Shown here piece by piece: positions 20,519 to 31,396 of a stretch of DNA of 64,000 bases. The notes under the pieces are model-generated. The model searched no databases and was not told the origin of the DNA. It saw only the letters and a program-made list of their open reading frames with translations. Source of the DNA: Flavobacterium sp. GTDB lineage: Bacteria > Bacteroidota > Bacteroidia > Flavobacteriales > Flavobacteriaceae. Position 1 is the stretch's first letter, and the number at the start of each line of letters is the position of its first letter. The stretch covers positions 19,716-83,715 of the forward strand of contig NZ_JAYRPD010000038.1 in NCBI RefSeq assembly GCF_041911335.1, given 5' to 3'. The position numbers were made by a program, and so were the translations under genes.

Positions 20519-21238
20519 CTTAGATTTTACAACATAATTTCTTGATGGATGATAAATAAAAATACAAGATTTTCCTTTTATTGTTTGAATCAATTCTTTG
20601 TGCACTTCGTAAGGAACAGCTGGGCAACCTTGACTTCTTCCTAATCTTCCTGTATTTTTAATAAACGATTTGCTTACATAATCAGCTCCGTGAACTACAA
20701 CTGCTCTGTTTCTAGCATTATCATTTATTCCGTATTCCATTCCGTCTAATCGTAATGATAATCCGTGTTTTCCTGTATAAGTTTCTCCTGTTACATAAAA
20801 ACCTAAACTACTTTTAAATGACTCACTAGCATTTGAAAAATCAGTTGCAAATTCAGAACCCGAATTTCTTCCGTGAGAAACTAACGATTTTAAAATCACT
20901 TTTTGTGTTTTCATATCAACAACCCACATTCTTTCTTGAGATGATGATAAGCTAAAATCAACAATCGTTAAAATTTCATTTTCGATTTTTCCCTGTTGTT
21001 TTAATTGCTCATATCCTTCAAAAGCAGCAATGAAACTTTCAAAAGAAGGTAAAGAAAAACCATTAGCATCGATTACAGAATAAAATGATTTAGTTTTAGC
21101 TTCAAAAGTCGCTTTCGCATTTGCAGCAATTAATTTTGGATCTGTTGATGTAACTTCATTCTTAGTGTTTTTTGTTGTATTTAAAGGCTTGAACGAAAAA
21201 ATGCAAAATAAAATTAGGGGCAAAAATTTATAAATCAT
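20507..21238 (-). CDS. murein L,D-transpeptidase catalytic domain protein (YkuD_2-like)
   Basis: VSHGRNSG, SSLGF, VVHGADY, GRSQGCPA; start placed at ATG 21238. Confidence 0.88.
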   Translation of the reverse strand: MIYKFLPLILFCIFSFKPLNTTKNTKNEVTSTDPKLIAANAKATFEAKTKSFYSVIDANGFSLPSFESFIAAFEGYEQLKQQGKIENEILTIVDFSLSSSQERMWVVDMKTQKVILKSLVSHGRNSGSEFATDFSNASESFKSSLGFYVTGETYTGKHGLSLRLDGMEYGINDNARNRAVVVHGADYVSKSFIKNTGRLGRSQGCPAVPYEVHKELIQTIKGKSCIFIYHPSRNYVVKSKLVS

Positions 21239-21427
21239 TGTTAATCTTGTAGTTGTATTATTATTGTGATGTGCCAAATATATTTATTATTTTTAAACCT
21301 GCAAACTTTTTTATGTATTTTGTCGAAAATTTTAACCTTTCATCGATTATTCGTACAAAAGTTAAACATTATATAAAAAAAGTAGACATATATAATAATC
21401 CTATAATTTTGACACAAATTTTTTTTG

Positions 21428-23836
21428 ATGATAAATAGATTCAGTATAACAATTCTTTTTTGCTTAGCAAGTTTTCTTTATTCATTTTCACAAACAAAAA
21501 AAAGTGTTTCTACTAAAAAAACAACTGAAAACATTTCAATTGATGCTGAACTTAATGAGGCTTCTTGGAAAGACGCAGAAATTGCCACCGACTTTGTTTC
21601 TTTAGAACCAAAAAACGGAACTCCAATTCCTGAAGAATTTAAAACTGAAGTGAAAATTTTATATTCTAATGATGCTATTTATATTGGTGCAAAATTATAT
21701 GACCCAAATCCAGAGAAAATTTTAAAAGAATTAGTAGAGCGCGACGAAATTGGCACTTCTGATTTTTTCGGAATTTTTATAAATGGTTACAACGATGGCC
21801 AGCAAGAATTTAGATTTTTCGTTACTGCTGCCAACGGACAAATCGACACCAACTTTACTTCTGCGGAAGGTGAAGATGGTTCTTGGAACGCTATTTGGGA
21901 AAGCAATGCAAAAATTACCGATTTTGGTTATGTCATCGAAATGAAAATTCCATATGCTGCACTACGTTTTCCTGAAAAAGACAAACAAACTTGGGGGCTT
22001 AACTTTTTTAGAGAAGTTCGAAGAGAACGTCAAAAATACACTTGGAGCCCTATTGATAATAAAATTGGAGCTATTTCGCAACAAGCCGGAATTTTAACTG
22101 GAATCGAAAACATCAAAACCCCTACCCGATTGTTCTTAATTCCTTATTCTTCGTTTTACCTTTCTGGAAGCGAAACTCAAAAAACAAAAGGCGAATTAAA
22201 AGGTGGTTTAGATATCAAATACGGAATCAACGACGCTTTTACGTTAGATGCGATTTTAGTTCCCGATTTTGGCCAAACAAAATTTGATAATGTGGTTTTG
22301 AATTTAGGTCCATTCGAACAACAATTTAACGAAAACAGACCTTTCTTTACTGAAGGAACTGACTTATTTAGCAAAGGAAATTTATTGTATTCGAGAAGAA
22401 TTGGACAAACCCCTGATTTAAATTTAAACATAGCTGCAAATGAATCGGTAGCGTATCCCGGAACTGTAAATTTATTAAATGCCTTAAAAATTTCGGGGCG
22501 TGATAAAGATGGTTTAGGAATTGGATTCTTAAATGCTATTACCGAAAAAACAATGGCTACGGTTTCAAATGACGATAATGATAATACAAGACAAATTGAA
22601 GTTTCGCCTTTGACAAATTATAACGTGATGGTTTTTGACCAACGATTTAATCAAAATTCATCGGTAACTTTCATCAACACAAATGTTACAAGAAACGGAA
22701 GTTTTAGAGATGCCAACGTAACCGGATTATTATTTGATTTGAACAACAAAACCAATACATATAATCTTTCTGGAGGATTAAAATCGAGCAGTATTAATGA
22801 TGTTGAAAATAAAAACGGTTATAACGCATCGTTATATTTTGCAGAAACAAACGGAAAATTCAGATATAGTTTCGGAAGCGAATACATGTCAAAAGACTTT
22901 GAAATCAACGATTTAGGAATTAATTTCAGAACCAATTACTATTCCTTTTCTGGAAACACCAACTATCGAATTCTGAACCCAAATAAAACCTTTAATACAT
23001 TTAGAATTAATCTGAATTCTTACTTTGAATTTTACACGCCAACAAACCAAATCCAATCTAGTAATTTCAATGTTAACTTAAATTCTACAAACAAGAAAAA
23101 TCATTATTTTGGCGCTGGAATCAACTTTAACCCTTTCAAAAATTACGATTATTACGAACCGCGTGTTGCCAACAGATATTTCGTAAATCCTACAAATGTT
23201 GGTGGATTTTTATATTTTTCATCAAATTACAACAACAAATTTGCAGTCGATTTTGAACCTTTCATAACACATGTAATTAATGAAAATAGATACGAAGCTG
23301 GAGTAAATATTAGTCCAAGATATCGTTTTAGCGATAAGTTTTCATTGGTTTACGGCTTCAATTATTTTAAACAAAAAAACGATATTGGTTTTATTGATTT
23401 CGAAAATTCAAACATCATTTTTGCTAGAAGAGATAGAGATACTTATACCAATTCAATAACAAGTAAATTTTCGATAAGCAGCGAAATGAACTTTAATTTA
23501 TCGGTAAGACATTATTGGTCTTTGGCCGAAAACAATAAAATCAACAATCTGAACGAAGATGGAAGTTTATCGCCAAACACAACTTATTCAGGTAACCGCA
23601 ACTCAAACTTTAGCACTTGGAATTTAGATTTAAGTTACTCTTGGTGGTTTGCTCCAGGAAGTCAAATGTCGATTTTATACCGAAATAATGCTGCAACTTT
23701 TGACAGAACCATCAATAAAAACTTTAATTCAAATTTTTCTAATTTATTACAGGACAATTTGAATCATATTTTATCAATAAGTGTCCGTTATTTCATCGAT
23801 TACAACCAAGCTAAAAACTGGATTAGAAAAGGATAA
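21428..23836 (+). CDS. CBM9-like plus DUF5916 outer-membrane protein
   Basis: IDAELNEASW, EMKIPYAALRF, PDFGQ, ENRPFFTEG, YSRRIG. Confidence 0.8.
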   Translation: MINRFSITILFCLASFLYSFSQTKKSVSTKKTTENISIDAELNEASWKDAEIATDFVSLEPKNGTPIPEEFKTEVKILYSNDAIYIGAKLYDPNPEKILKELVERDEIGTSDFFGIFINGYNDGQQEFRFFVTAANGQIDTNFTSAEGEDGSWNAIWESNAKITDFGYVIEMKIPYAALRFPEKDKQTWGLNFFREVRRERQKYTWSPIDNKIGAISQQAGILTGIENIKTPTRLFLIPYSSFYLSGSETQKTKGELKGGLDIKYGINDAFTLDAILVPDFGQTKFDNVVLNLGPFEQQFNENRPFFTEGTDLFSKGNLLYSRRIGQTPDLNLNIAANESVAYPGTVNLLNALKISGRDKDGLGIGFLNAITEKTMATVSNDDNDNTRQIEVSPLTNYNVMVFDQRFNQNSSVTFINTNVTRNGSFRDANVTGLLFDLNNKTNTYNLSGGLKSSSINDVENKNGYNASLYFAETNGKFRYSFGSEYMSKDFEINDLGINFRTNYYSFSGNTNYRILNPNKTFNTFRINLNSYFEFYTPTNQIQSSNFNVNLNSTNKKNHYFGAGINFNPFKNYDYYEPRVANRYFVNPTNVGGFLYFSSNYNNKFAVDFEPFITHVINENRYEAGVNISPRYRFSDKFSLVYGFNYFKQKNDIGFIDFENSNIIFARRDRDTYTNSITSKFSISSEMNFNLSVRHYWSLAENNKINNLNEDGSLSPNTTYSGNRNSNFSTWNLDLSYSWWFAPGSQMSILYRNNAATFDRTINKNFNSNFSNLLQDNLNHILSISVRYFIDYNQAKNWIRKG

Positions 23837-23919
23837 ATCACTTAATCGTTTTCGTAATTTTAATTCGCTTTTTCATTTAAAAATTTACCAATTGTTTATC
23901 TTTGTACAAACACACAAAA

Positions 23920-25437
23920 ATGAACAAAAAAGTAATTTTAATGATATTGGACGGTTGGGGAAAATCGCCCGATCCAAAAGTTTCTGCAATAGACAACGCC
24001 AATACACCATTTATTGATAGTTTATATACAAAATACCCAAATGCCCAATTAAGAACTGATGGTTTAAACGTGGGTTTACCCGAAGGGCAAATGGGAAATT
24101 CAGAGGTAGGTCATATGAATTTAGGCGCTGGAAGAATCGTTTACCAAGATTTAGCCAAACTGAATTTAGCGGTTGAACACAAAACCATGAGTCAAGAAAA
24201 ACCACTTATGGATGCTTTCGATTATGCCAAAAAGAACAATAAAGCAATTCACTTCTTAGGATTAGTTTCAGATGGTGGCGTGCATTCTCATACTTCGCAT
24301 TTAAGAGGTTTGATTGATGCTGCTCAAGAAAGTGGTGTTCAAAACTTGTTTGTTCATGCCTTTACCGATGGTCGTGATGTAGATCCAAAATCAGGAGCAA
24401 AATACATTTCTGATTTAGAAAATTATCTTCAAAATACCAATGCAAAATTAGCTTCTGTAATTGGAAGATACTATGCAATGGATAGAGACAAACGTTGGGA
24501 AAGAGTAAAATTAGCTTACGATTTAGTAGTAAATGCAGAAGGAAATCACTCAAAAAATGCGGTTACGACTATCAACGAAAGTTATGCAAATAATGTAACC
24601 GACGAATTTATCCAACCTATTGTGATGGTGGATGAAAACAATAATCCCGTTGCGAAAATTCAAGATGATGATGTGGTGATTTTCTTCAATTTTAGAACCG
24701 ATAGAGGAAGAGAATTGACTGAAGTTTTATCGCAAAAAGACTTTCATGAATTCAACATGCACAAATTGAATTTGTATTATGTTACGATGACCAATTACGA
24801 TGAAACGTATGAAAATGTTCATGTAATTTACGACAAAGACAACATCACAGAAACACTTGGTGAAGTTTTAGAAAAAGCCAATAAAAAACAAATTCGTATT
24901 GCAGAAACTGAGAAATATCCGCACGTAACCTTTTTCTTTTCTGGCGGAAGAGAAGAACCTTTTGTAGGCGAAACGCGTATTTTGAAAAATTCACCAAAAG
25001 TAGCTACTTACGATTTACAACCCGAAATGAGTGCTTTCGAACTAAAAGATGCTTTAGTTCCTGAACTTAAAAAAGGTGAAGTTGATTTTGTTTGTTTAAA
25101 CTTTGCCAATGGTGATATGGTGGGTCACACAGGCGTAATGGAAGCAGCAATTAAAGCTTGCGAAGCCGTTGATGTTTGTGTAAAAGAAGTAGTTGAAACT
25201 GCTTTAGAAAACAATTACACCACAATAATCATCGCCGACCATGGAAATTGTGAAACGATGATTAATCCAGATGGCTCACCAAATACAGCACACACAACAA
25301 ATCCAGTTCCAATTATTTTAGTTGATAAAGAATTAAAAAATATTCAAAATGGTGTTTTGGGCGACATCGCTCCTACTATTTTAGATTTAATGGGAATTGA
25401 AAAACCTACTGTTATGACTTGTAAATCTTTATTATAA
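23920..25437 (+). CDS. gpmI: 2,3-bisphosphoglycerate-independent phosphoglycerate mutase
   Basis: ILDGWG, GNSEVGH, DMVGHTG, ADHGN. Confidence 0.97.
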   Translation: MNKKVILMILDGWGKSPDPKVSAIDNANTPFIDSLYTKYPNAQLRTDGLNVGLPEGQMGNSEVGHMNLGAGRIVYQDLAKLNLAVEHKTMSQEKPLMDAFDYAKKNNKAIHFLGLVSDGGVHSHTSHLRGLIDAAQESGVQNLFVHAFTDGRDVDPKSGAKYISDLENYLQNTNAKLASVIGRYYAMDRDKRWERVKLAYDLVVNAEGNHSKNAVTTINESYANNVTDEFIQPIVMVDENNNPVAKIQDDDVVIFFNFRTDRGRELTEVLSQKDFHEFNMHKLNLYYVTMTNYDETYENVHVIYDKDNITETLGEVLEKANKKQIRIAETEKYPHVTFFFSGGREEPFVGETRILKNSPKVATYDLQPEMSAFELKDALVPELKKGEVDFVCLNFANGDMVGHTGVMEAAIKACEAVDVCVKEVVETALENNYTTIIIADHGNCETMINPDGSPNTAHTTNPVPIILVDKELKNIQNGVLGDIAPTILDLMGIEKPTVMTCKSLL

Positions 25438-25625
25438 TGAAACGTGTTTTATTTATTTTAATTTGTTTATCATTTGTTGGATGTACTTCGACTTTCAAAG
25501 CTTCCAATGGTGAGGATGGAAAACCTGGAGAAGATGGAAAACCTGGAACCGAACAAAAAGGTACTGATGGTGAAGACGGAAAAAATGGAAAAAATAAAAG
25601 TACAACAATAGGCATAAAAGCATAA
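25437..25625 (+). CDS. small lipoprotein with collagen-like Gly-X-Y repeats
   Basis: MKRVLFILICLSFVG-C lipobox; GEDGKPGEDGKPG; start overlaps gpmI stop; terminator follows. Confidence 0.7.
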   Translation: MKRVLFILICLSFVGCTSTFKASNGEDGKPGEDGKPGTEQKGTDGEDGKNGKNKSTTIGIKA

Positions 25626-25630
25626 TTATC

Positions 25631-25655
25631 AATCCCGATTCGTCGGGATTTTTTT
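25631..25655 (+). terminator. intrinsic terminator
   Basis: aatcccga-ttcg-tcgggatt followed by T run. Confidence 0.85.
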
Positions 25656-25733
25656 GAACGATTCTAAAATAAAAGTTAAACTTTTGAGATTTGATAGTAA
25701 TACTGTTATATTTGCATTGTTAAATATTAAGGT

Positions 25734-26405
25734 ATGCAAAATTTACTATCCAACTTAAAAATAACCATTAACGAAAAACTGTATGTTAAGGATCCTGAGA
25801 CTTCTGAACTTGGGCTTAACATTTTAAAAAACAGCATCCTATTAATAGACGAAATTGGATTTGAAGCTTTCACATTCAAAAAATTAGGAGAAAGAATTCA
25901 ATCTAACGAAAGCTCTATTTATCGTTATTTTGAAAACAAACACAAGCTTTTGGTGTATTTAACCTCATGGTATTGGTCTTGGATGGAATATCGCATGGCT
26001 TTTGCCACAATAAATGTTTCTAATCCAATTGAAAAACTAGAAAAAGCTATTAAATTAGTAACAGAAAATGTGATAGATGACAATGCAACACCTCACATTA
26101 ATGAAGAAATTCTTAGCAGAATTATAGTTGAAGAATTTACTAAAACCTTAATGACAAAAGAGGTAGACAACGAAAATAAAGAAGGTTTTTTCTTAGTCTA
26201 TAAAAGAGTAATCAATAGAATTATTGAAATAATTAAAGAAGTGAATCCAGATTATCCATATGCAAAAAGCTTAGCTTCTAGTATTGTAGAAGGTTCTCTT
26301 CACCAACATTTTTTAAAAAATCATTTAAAAACTATTACCAACTTATCTGAGAAAGAATGCGCAACCGAATTCTACACAGATATGGCTAAAAAAATACTAC
26401 TATGA
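25734..26405 (+). CDS. TetR/AcrR family regulator
   Basis: GFEAFTFKKLG...ESSIYRYFENK HTH. Confidence 0.9.
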   Translation: MQNLLSNLKITINEKLYVKDPETSELGLNILKNSILLIDEIGFEAFTFKKLGERIQSNESSIYRYFENKHKLLVYLTSWYWSWMEYRMAFATINVSNPIEKLEKAIKLVTENVIDDNATPHINEEILSRIIVEEFTKTLMTKEVDNENKEGFFLVYKRVINRIIEIIKEVNPDYPYAKSLASSIVEGSLHQHFLKNHLKTITNLSEKECATEFYTDMAKKILL

Positions 26406-28054
26406 CACCATTAAAAAGATTCAAAAACCTCATTTTAATAGACAAACAAGATATTTATCAAATATTCTTATATTCTATTATCGCTGGATTAATCAGTTTG
26501 TCGTTGCCTTTAGGAATTCAATCAATTATCAACTTTATTCAGGCAGGAAAAGTAAGTACTTCTTGGATTGTTTTAGTAGGAGTTGTTGTTATTGGTGTTG
26601 CTTTTGTAGGATTACTAAAAATCATGCAATTTAGAATTACCGAAAACTTACAACAAAAAATATTCGTTCGTTCCTCATTTGAATTTGCTTATCGTTTTCC
26701 GAAAATAAAATTCAATGAATTACACAATCAATATCCACCAGAATTAGCGAATCGATTTTTTGATACGCTAACGGTTCAAAAAGGATTCACTAAACTTTTA
26801 TTGGATATTTCTGGAGCCGCTTTGCAAATATTTTTCGGTATTATTTTACTTTCTTTATATCATTCCTTTTTTATCTTTTTCGGATTGGTACTTTTGATAT
26901 TATTGTATTTAATTTTCAAAATCAACTTTAATATAGGATTAGAAACTAGCTTAAAAGAATCAAAATACAAATATAAAATAGCACATTGGCTACAAGAAAT
27001 TGCCAGAAACCATTTGAGTTTTAAAAGCAATTCTATTTTTAATTATTCCTTACACAAAAACGATAAATTGGTAAATGAATATTTAAAACAACGTGAGAAT
27101 CATTTTCAGGTTTTGATGAAACAATTTGTGCAGTTAACTGGATTTAAAATTTTGATTACTGCTGGCTTATTAATAATTGGAGGATTATTAGTAATCAATC
27201 AACAAATGAACATCGGGCAATTCGTTGCGGCTGAAATTATTATTTTGAGCATTATTGCAGCGGTTGAAAAACTGTTTTCTGGATTAGAATTGTTTTATGA
27301 CGTGCTAACTTCTTTAGAAAAATTAGGTTCAGTTGTGGATATGGAATTAGAAGAAGATGTTCAAAACTCAAATTATTTAGTTGACCGAAATAAAATAACA
27401 ATTGAAACTGAAAACGTTTCTTTTTCATATCCAAAATCCGATAAAGAAATACTAAAAAACATCAATTTATCGATTGAACCAAAACAACATACCTTAATTT
27501 TAGGCGAAAATGGTTCTGGGAAAACAACTTTAATTCGTTTGTTAGCAAGATTAATTGAACCATCTTCGGGAAGTATTTTCATAAATAATACCAATTACAA
27601 AAAGTATTCATCTGAAGAATATCGCTCAAAAATTGGAATTATTACAGCTCATGAAATGCCATTTGAAGGTACAATTTTAGAGAATATCACTTGTAATAAT
27701 CCAGAAATTAAAATGGAAATGGTTTTTGATTTAATCGAAAAGTTAAAATTAACCGAAGCCATCAAAGCACTTCCTAAAGGATTAGACACTCAAATTTCAT
27801 CAGAAGGTAAACAAATTAATTCGTCAACCATTCAAAAAATTGTGCTGGCACGTTGTATCATCAACCAACCCAAATTATTGTTTTTAGAAAATCCATTAGA
27901 CAAATCAGACGAACAAAGTTGCAGAGAAATTATCGATTTTTTAAGCGAAGAAAAACATCCGTGGACATTAGTTGTTGCAAGTAAAAACAATTATTGGAAA
28001 CAAATTTGTAAGCAAACCATTCTTTTGGAAAAAGGTGAAATTAAATCCATTTAA
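26402..28054 (+). CDS. T1SS-type ABC transporter (TMD+NBD)
   Basis: TM helices; Walker A GENGSGKT; degenerate signature motif. Confidence 0.88.
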   Translation: MTPLKRFKNLILIDKQDIYQIFLYSIIAGLISLSLPLGIQSIINFIQAGKVSTSWIVLVGVVVIGVAFVGLLKIMQFRITENLQQKIFVRSSFEFAYRFPKIKFNELHNQYPPELANRFFDTLTVQKGFTKLLLDISGAALQIFFGIILLSLYHSFFIFFGLVLLILLYLIFKINFNIGLETSLKESKYKYKIAHWLQEIARNHLSFKSNSIFNYSLHKNDKLVNEYLKQRENHFQVLMKQFVQLTGFKILITAGLLIIGGLLVINQQMNIGQFVAAEIIILSIIAAVEKLFSGLELFYDVLTSLEKLGSVVDMELEEDVQNSNYLVDRNKITIETENVSFSYPKSDKEILKNINLSIEPKQHTLILGENGSGKTTLIRLLARLIEPSSGSIFINNTNYKKYSSEEYRSKIGIITAHEMPFEGTILENITCNNPEIKMEMVFDLIEKLKLTEAIKALPKGLDTQISSEGKQINSSTIQKIVLARCIINQPKLLFLENPLDKSDEQSCREIIDFLSEEKHPWTLVVASKNNYWKQICKQTILLEKGEIKSI

Positions 28055-28057
28055 GCC

Positions 28058-29404
28058 ATGCTAAACATCACAAAAAATAGAATTGATCAATTTGTTAAGT
28101 TAGAGCAATTCAAATCGGGACAAATATTTAATGAACAGAAGCATTACAAAGTAATTCGCAAAATTATTTGGGCATTTGTTATTGTATGTATCTTGTTTCT
28201 TTTTCTTCCTTGGACACAAAATATTCAAGGTGCTGGAAATGTAACCACCTTAAAACCTAATCAACGTCCGCAAACCATTCAAACTATTATTGGTGGTAGA
28301 ATTGAAAAATGGTATGTAAACGAAGGTGACTTTGTAAAAAAAGGCGATACTATTTTATTCATTTCAGAAGTAAAAGAAGATTATTTAGATCCGAATTTGG
28401 TTGAAAACACAGGAAATCAAGTAAAAGCAAAAGAAAATGCTGTAACTTCTTATGCAGATAAAGTAAAAGCACTGGAAGCTCAAATGGGCGCTATTCAAAA
28501 CGAAAAAAATCTGAAATTAAAACAAGCACAAAACAAGCTAAAACAGTCGTATTTAAAAGTACAAAGTGATAGTATAGATTTTGAAGCAACCAAAACACAA
28601 CTTAAAATCGCAAAAACCCAATACAATCGTTCCGTAAATTTAAACAAAGAAGGTTTAAAACCAATGACCGATGTGGAAGAAAAACGCATGAAGTTACAAG
28701 AAACCGAAGCGAAAATCATTACACAAGAAAACAAATACATTGCAAGCAAAAATGAAGTATTGAATGCCACAATGGAACTCAACAGAATTAGTGCCGAATA
28801 TGCAGAAAAAAACGCCAAAGCAAGCAGCGATAAACAAACCGCTTTGAGTTCACAATTTGATACCGAAGCACAAGTAAACAAGCTAAAAAATCAGTACAAA
28901 AACTATCAAATTAGAAATGGTTTGTATTATATCACCGCTCCACAAGATGGTTATGTAAACCGAGCTTTGCAATCGGGAATTGGTGAAACTATTAAAGAAG
29001 GAACAGCTGTTGTAAGCATAATGCCAGCAAAATATGATATTGCCGTAGAAACATATATAGAACCAATGGATTTTCCACTAATTAATAAAGGTGAAAAAGT
29101 ACGCGTTTGGTTTGATGGTTGGCCTACAATTGTTTTCAGCGGATGGCCAGGTGTTTCGTATGGTACTTTTGGCGGAATCATTGTTGCCAAAGAAAATTTT
29201 ATTAGTCCAAATGGAAAATATCGTGTACTAATTGCTCCTGATCCAAAAGACAAAAAATGGCCAGAACAATTGAGTATTGGTGCTGGAACGCAATCATTAG
29301 CTTTGTTAGACGATGTGCCTATTTGGTTTGAAATTTGGAGAACTTTAAATGGTTTTCCACCAAATTTTTATCAACCAACAACCACCGAAAACACTAAGAA
29401 ATAA
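28058..29404 (+). CDS. HlyD family membrane fusion protein
   Basis: LPWTQNI, GRIEKWYVNEGDFVKKGD, coiled coil, ITAPQDG. Confidence 0.92.
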   Translation: MLNITKNRIDQFVKLEQFKSGQIFNEQKHYKVIRKIIWAFVIVCILFLFLPWTQNIQGAGNVTTLKPNQRPQTIQTIIGGRIEKWYVNEGDFVKKGDTILFISEVKEDYLDPNLVENTGNQVKAKENAVTSYADKVKALEAQMGAIQNEKNLKLKQAQNKLKQSYLKVQSDSIDFEATKTQLKIAKTQYNRSVNLNKEGLKPMTDVEEKRMKLQETEAKIITQENKYIASKNEVLNATMELNRISAEYAEKNAKASSDKQTALSSQFDTEAQVNKLKNQYKNYQIRNGLYYITAPQDGYVNRALQSGIGETIKEGTAVVSIMPAKYDIAVETYIEPMDFPLINKGEKVRVWFDGWPTIVFSGWPGVSYGTFGGIIVAKENFISPNGKYRVLIAPDPKDKKWPEQLSIGAGTQSLALLDDVPIWFEIWRTLNGFPPNFYQPTTTENTKK

Positions 29405-30792
29405 TGAAACCGAAACTATTTTATATCTTCATTTTCATTTGTAGTTCATTTAGTTTGTTGGCGCAAAATTTACCAACCGAATTTACCTACAATGAATTTT
29501 TAGGTTATGTAAAAAAATATCATCCTTTAGTAAAACAAGCCGATTTAAAACTGAACGAAGCGCAAGCAAATTTAATGCAAGCGCGCGGTGCTTTTGATCC
29601 AAAAATTGAAGTTGATTTCAATGAAAAACAATTCAAAGACAATCAATATTATTCTATTTTAAATAGCAGTTTTAAAATTCCAACTTGGTACGGAATTGAA
29701 CTAAAAGCAGGATTTGATAACTCTGAAGGAATTTATGTAAATCCAGAAAATACGTTACCAAATAGCGGATTAACTTCGTTTGGAATAACTGTTCCTGTGG
29801 GACAAGGTTTATTCATTAACCAACGTATGGCCGATTTGAGAAAAGCTAAAATTGCTCGTAATTTGAATATTGCCGAAAGAAACTTACAAGCCGTAGAAGT
29901 AATTTATGAAGCTTCTGTAAGTTATATAAATTGGAAAAGAAGTTTTGACGAAGTAAAACTGTACGAGACGTATCTAGAAAATGCCTTGATAAGATATGAT
30001 GGTGTTTCAAAATTAATTGAACAAGGAGACAAACCTGCTATTGATAGTGTTGAAGCAGGAATCGTAGTTAAAACAAGACGTTTAAATCTAGAAGATGCAA
30101 AGTTAAAACTAACGAAAGCAAAGTTAGATTTATCGAATTATTTATGGTTAGAAAACAACATTCCATTGGAATTGAATGATAATTTATATCCTGAAACAAC
30201 GTTATCTAAAACAATCAAAGAAGTTTTACAAATTAACGAATTAGGAACCGTTGATTTAGACAATCATCCAAAAATTCAAGCTTTAGATGCTAAAATTGCA
30301 ATGCTAAAAGTAGATCGAAAACTAAAAGCAAATGCGCTTTTGCCCAAGTTAGATTTGAGCTATAATTATTTATCCGAGCCAAGTTATATTGACAATTATC
30401 GTTTTGAAGATTATAAAATTGGTGTGAATTTTTCGTTTCCAATATTTTTACGAAAAGAACGCGGAAGTTTAAAATTAGCCTATTTAAAAATTCAGGATTC
30501 AGAATTTGGGCTACAATTAGAACGAAAAAATTTGGAAAACAAAATCAAAGCACAACAACAAGAAATTACCTCATTAGAAAAACAAAGAGAATATATCCGA
30601 AAACTAATTCAAGATTACAACACGCTATTGAATGCGGAAGATCGCTTATTTGAAATGGGAGAAAGTTCGTTGTTTGTAATTAATTCGAGAGAAAACACCT
30701 TGGTAAGTTCACAAATAAATGAAATAGCTTTAGAAAATCGTTATTTGAATGCGATAATTGGTTTGTATAAAACTTTGGCAAACCCCAAATAA
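29404..30792 (+). CDS. TolC family outer-membrane protein
   Basis: Signal peptide; ARGAFDP, LLPKLDL, GESSLFVINSRE. Confidence 0.92.
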   Translation: MKPKLFYIFIFICSSFSLLAQNLPTEFTYNEFLGYVKKYHPLVKQADLKLNEAQANLMQARGAFDPKIEVDFNEKQFKDNQYYSILNSSFKIPTWYGIELKAGFDNSEGIYVNPENTLPNSGLTSFGITVPVGQGLFINQRMADLRKAKIARNLNIAERNLQAVEVIYEASVSYINWKRSFDEVKLYETYLENALIRYDGVSKLIEQGDKPAIDSVEAGIVVKTRRLNLEDAKLKLTKAKLDLSNYLWLENNIPLELNDNLYPETTLSKTIKEVLQINELGTVDLDNHPKIQALDAKIAMLKVDRKLKANALLPKLDLSYNYLSEPSYIDNYRFEDYKIGVNFSFPIFLRKERGSLKLAYLKIQDSEFGLQLERKNLENKIKAQQQEITSLEKQREYIRKLIQDYNTLLNAEDRLFEMGESSLFVINSRENTLVSSQINEIALENRYLNAIIGLYKTLANPK

Positions 30793-30795
30793 ACT

Positions 30796-30824
30796 AAAAA
30801 GCCTTCGCGATGCGAAGGCTTTTT
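30796..30824. terminator. bidirectional terminator
   Basis: aaaaagccttcgc-gat-gcgaaggcttttt. Confidence 0.85.
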
Positions 30825-30847
30825 GCGTTTTATATCCAAAAAATATA

Positions 30848-31177
30848 TTAGTAACGACCTCTGTTGTTATCTCTATTGTTAGAGTAACCACCTCTTCCAC
30901 CTGAATTACGATCGAAGCTTCTTCTTTCGCCTTCTGGTTTTGGTTCAGATTTGTTAACAACGATTTTTCTACCTTCGATAGTTCCACCGTTTAATTCGTC
31001 GATTGCTTTTTGAGCTTCAGCATCATTAGCCATTTCAACAAATCCAAAACCTTTACTTCTTCCAGTAAATTTATCAGAGATAATTTTAACTGATTCTACA
31101 GCTCCATACTCTTCAAAATAACCTCTTAAATCTGCTTCCTCTACGCTGAAAGGAAGACTTCCTACAAAAATATTCAT
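30848..31177 (-). CDS. RRM RNA-binding protein
   Basis: RNP2 IFVGSL, RNP1 KGFGFVEM, Gly/Arg-rich tail. Confidence 0.95.
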   Translation of the reverse strand: MNIFVGSLPFSVEEADLRGYFEEYGAVESVKIISDKFTGRSKGFGFVEMANDAEAQKAIDELNGGTIEGRKIVVNKSEPKPEGERRSFDRNSGGRGGYSNNRDNNRGRY

Positions 31178-31396
31178 CTATGAAAAATTTAATTCCTCAC
31201 AAAGGTAGGCTATTTAATGTTGTCAAAAGGTTAAAGTTTGATTTATTTTCAAAAACAACCCATTTTAGCTAAAAAATTCAAAATCAAAAGGTTAGTTTTT
31301 TGAAAAGTTTTTAAATCTATTCTACTATATTTAAAAAATTTTCAAATAAAAAAAGACAATGATTTAGATTGTCTTTTTTACTAACTCTAATTTATT

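Noticed and set aside
25437-25625. Collagen-like peptide as substrate of the adjacent T1SS
   Set aside because: It has a Sec/SPII lipoprotein signal and a terminator separates it from the operon.
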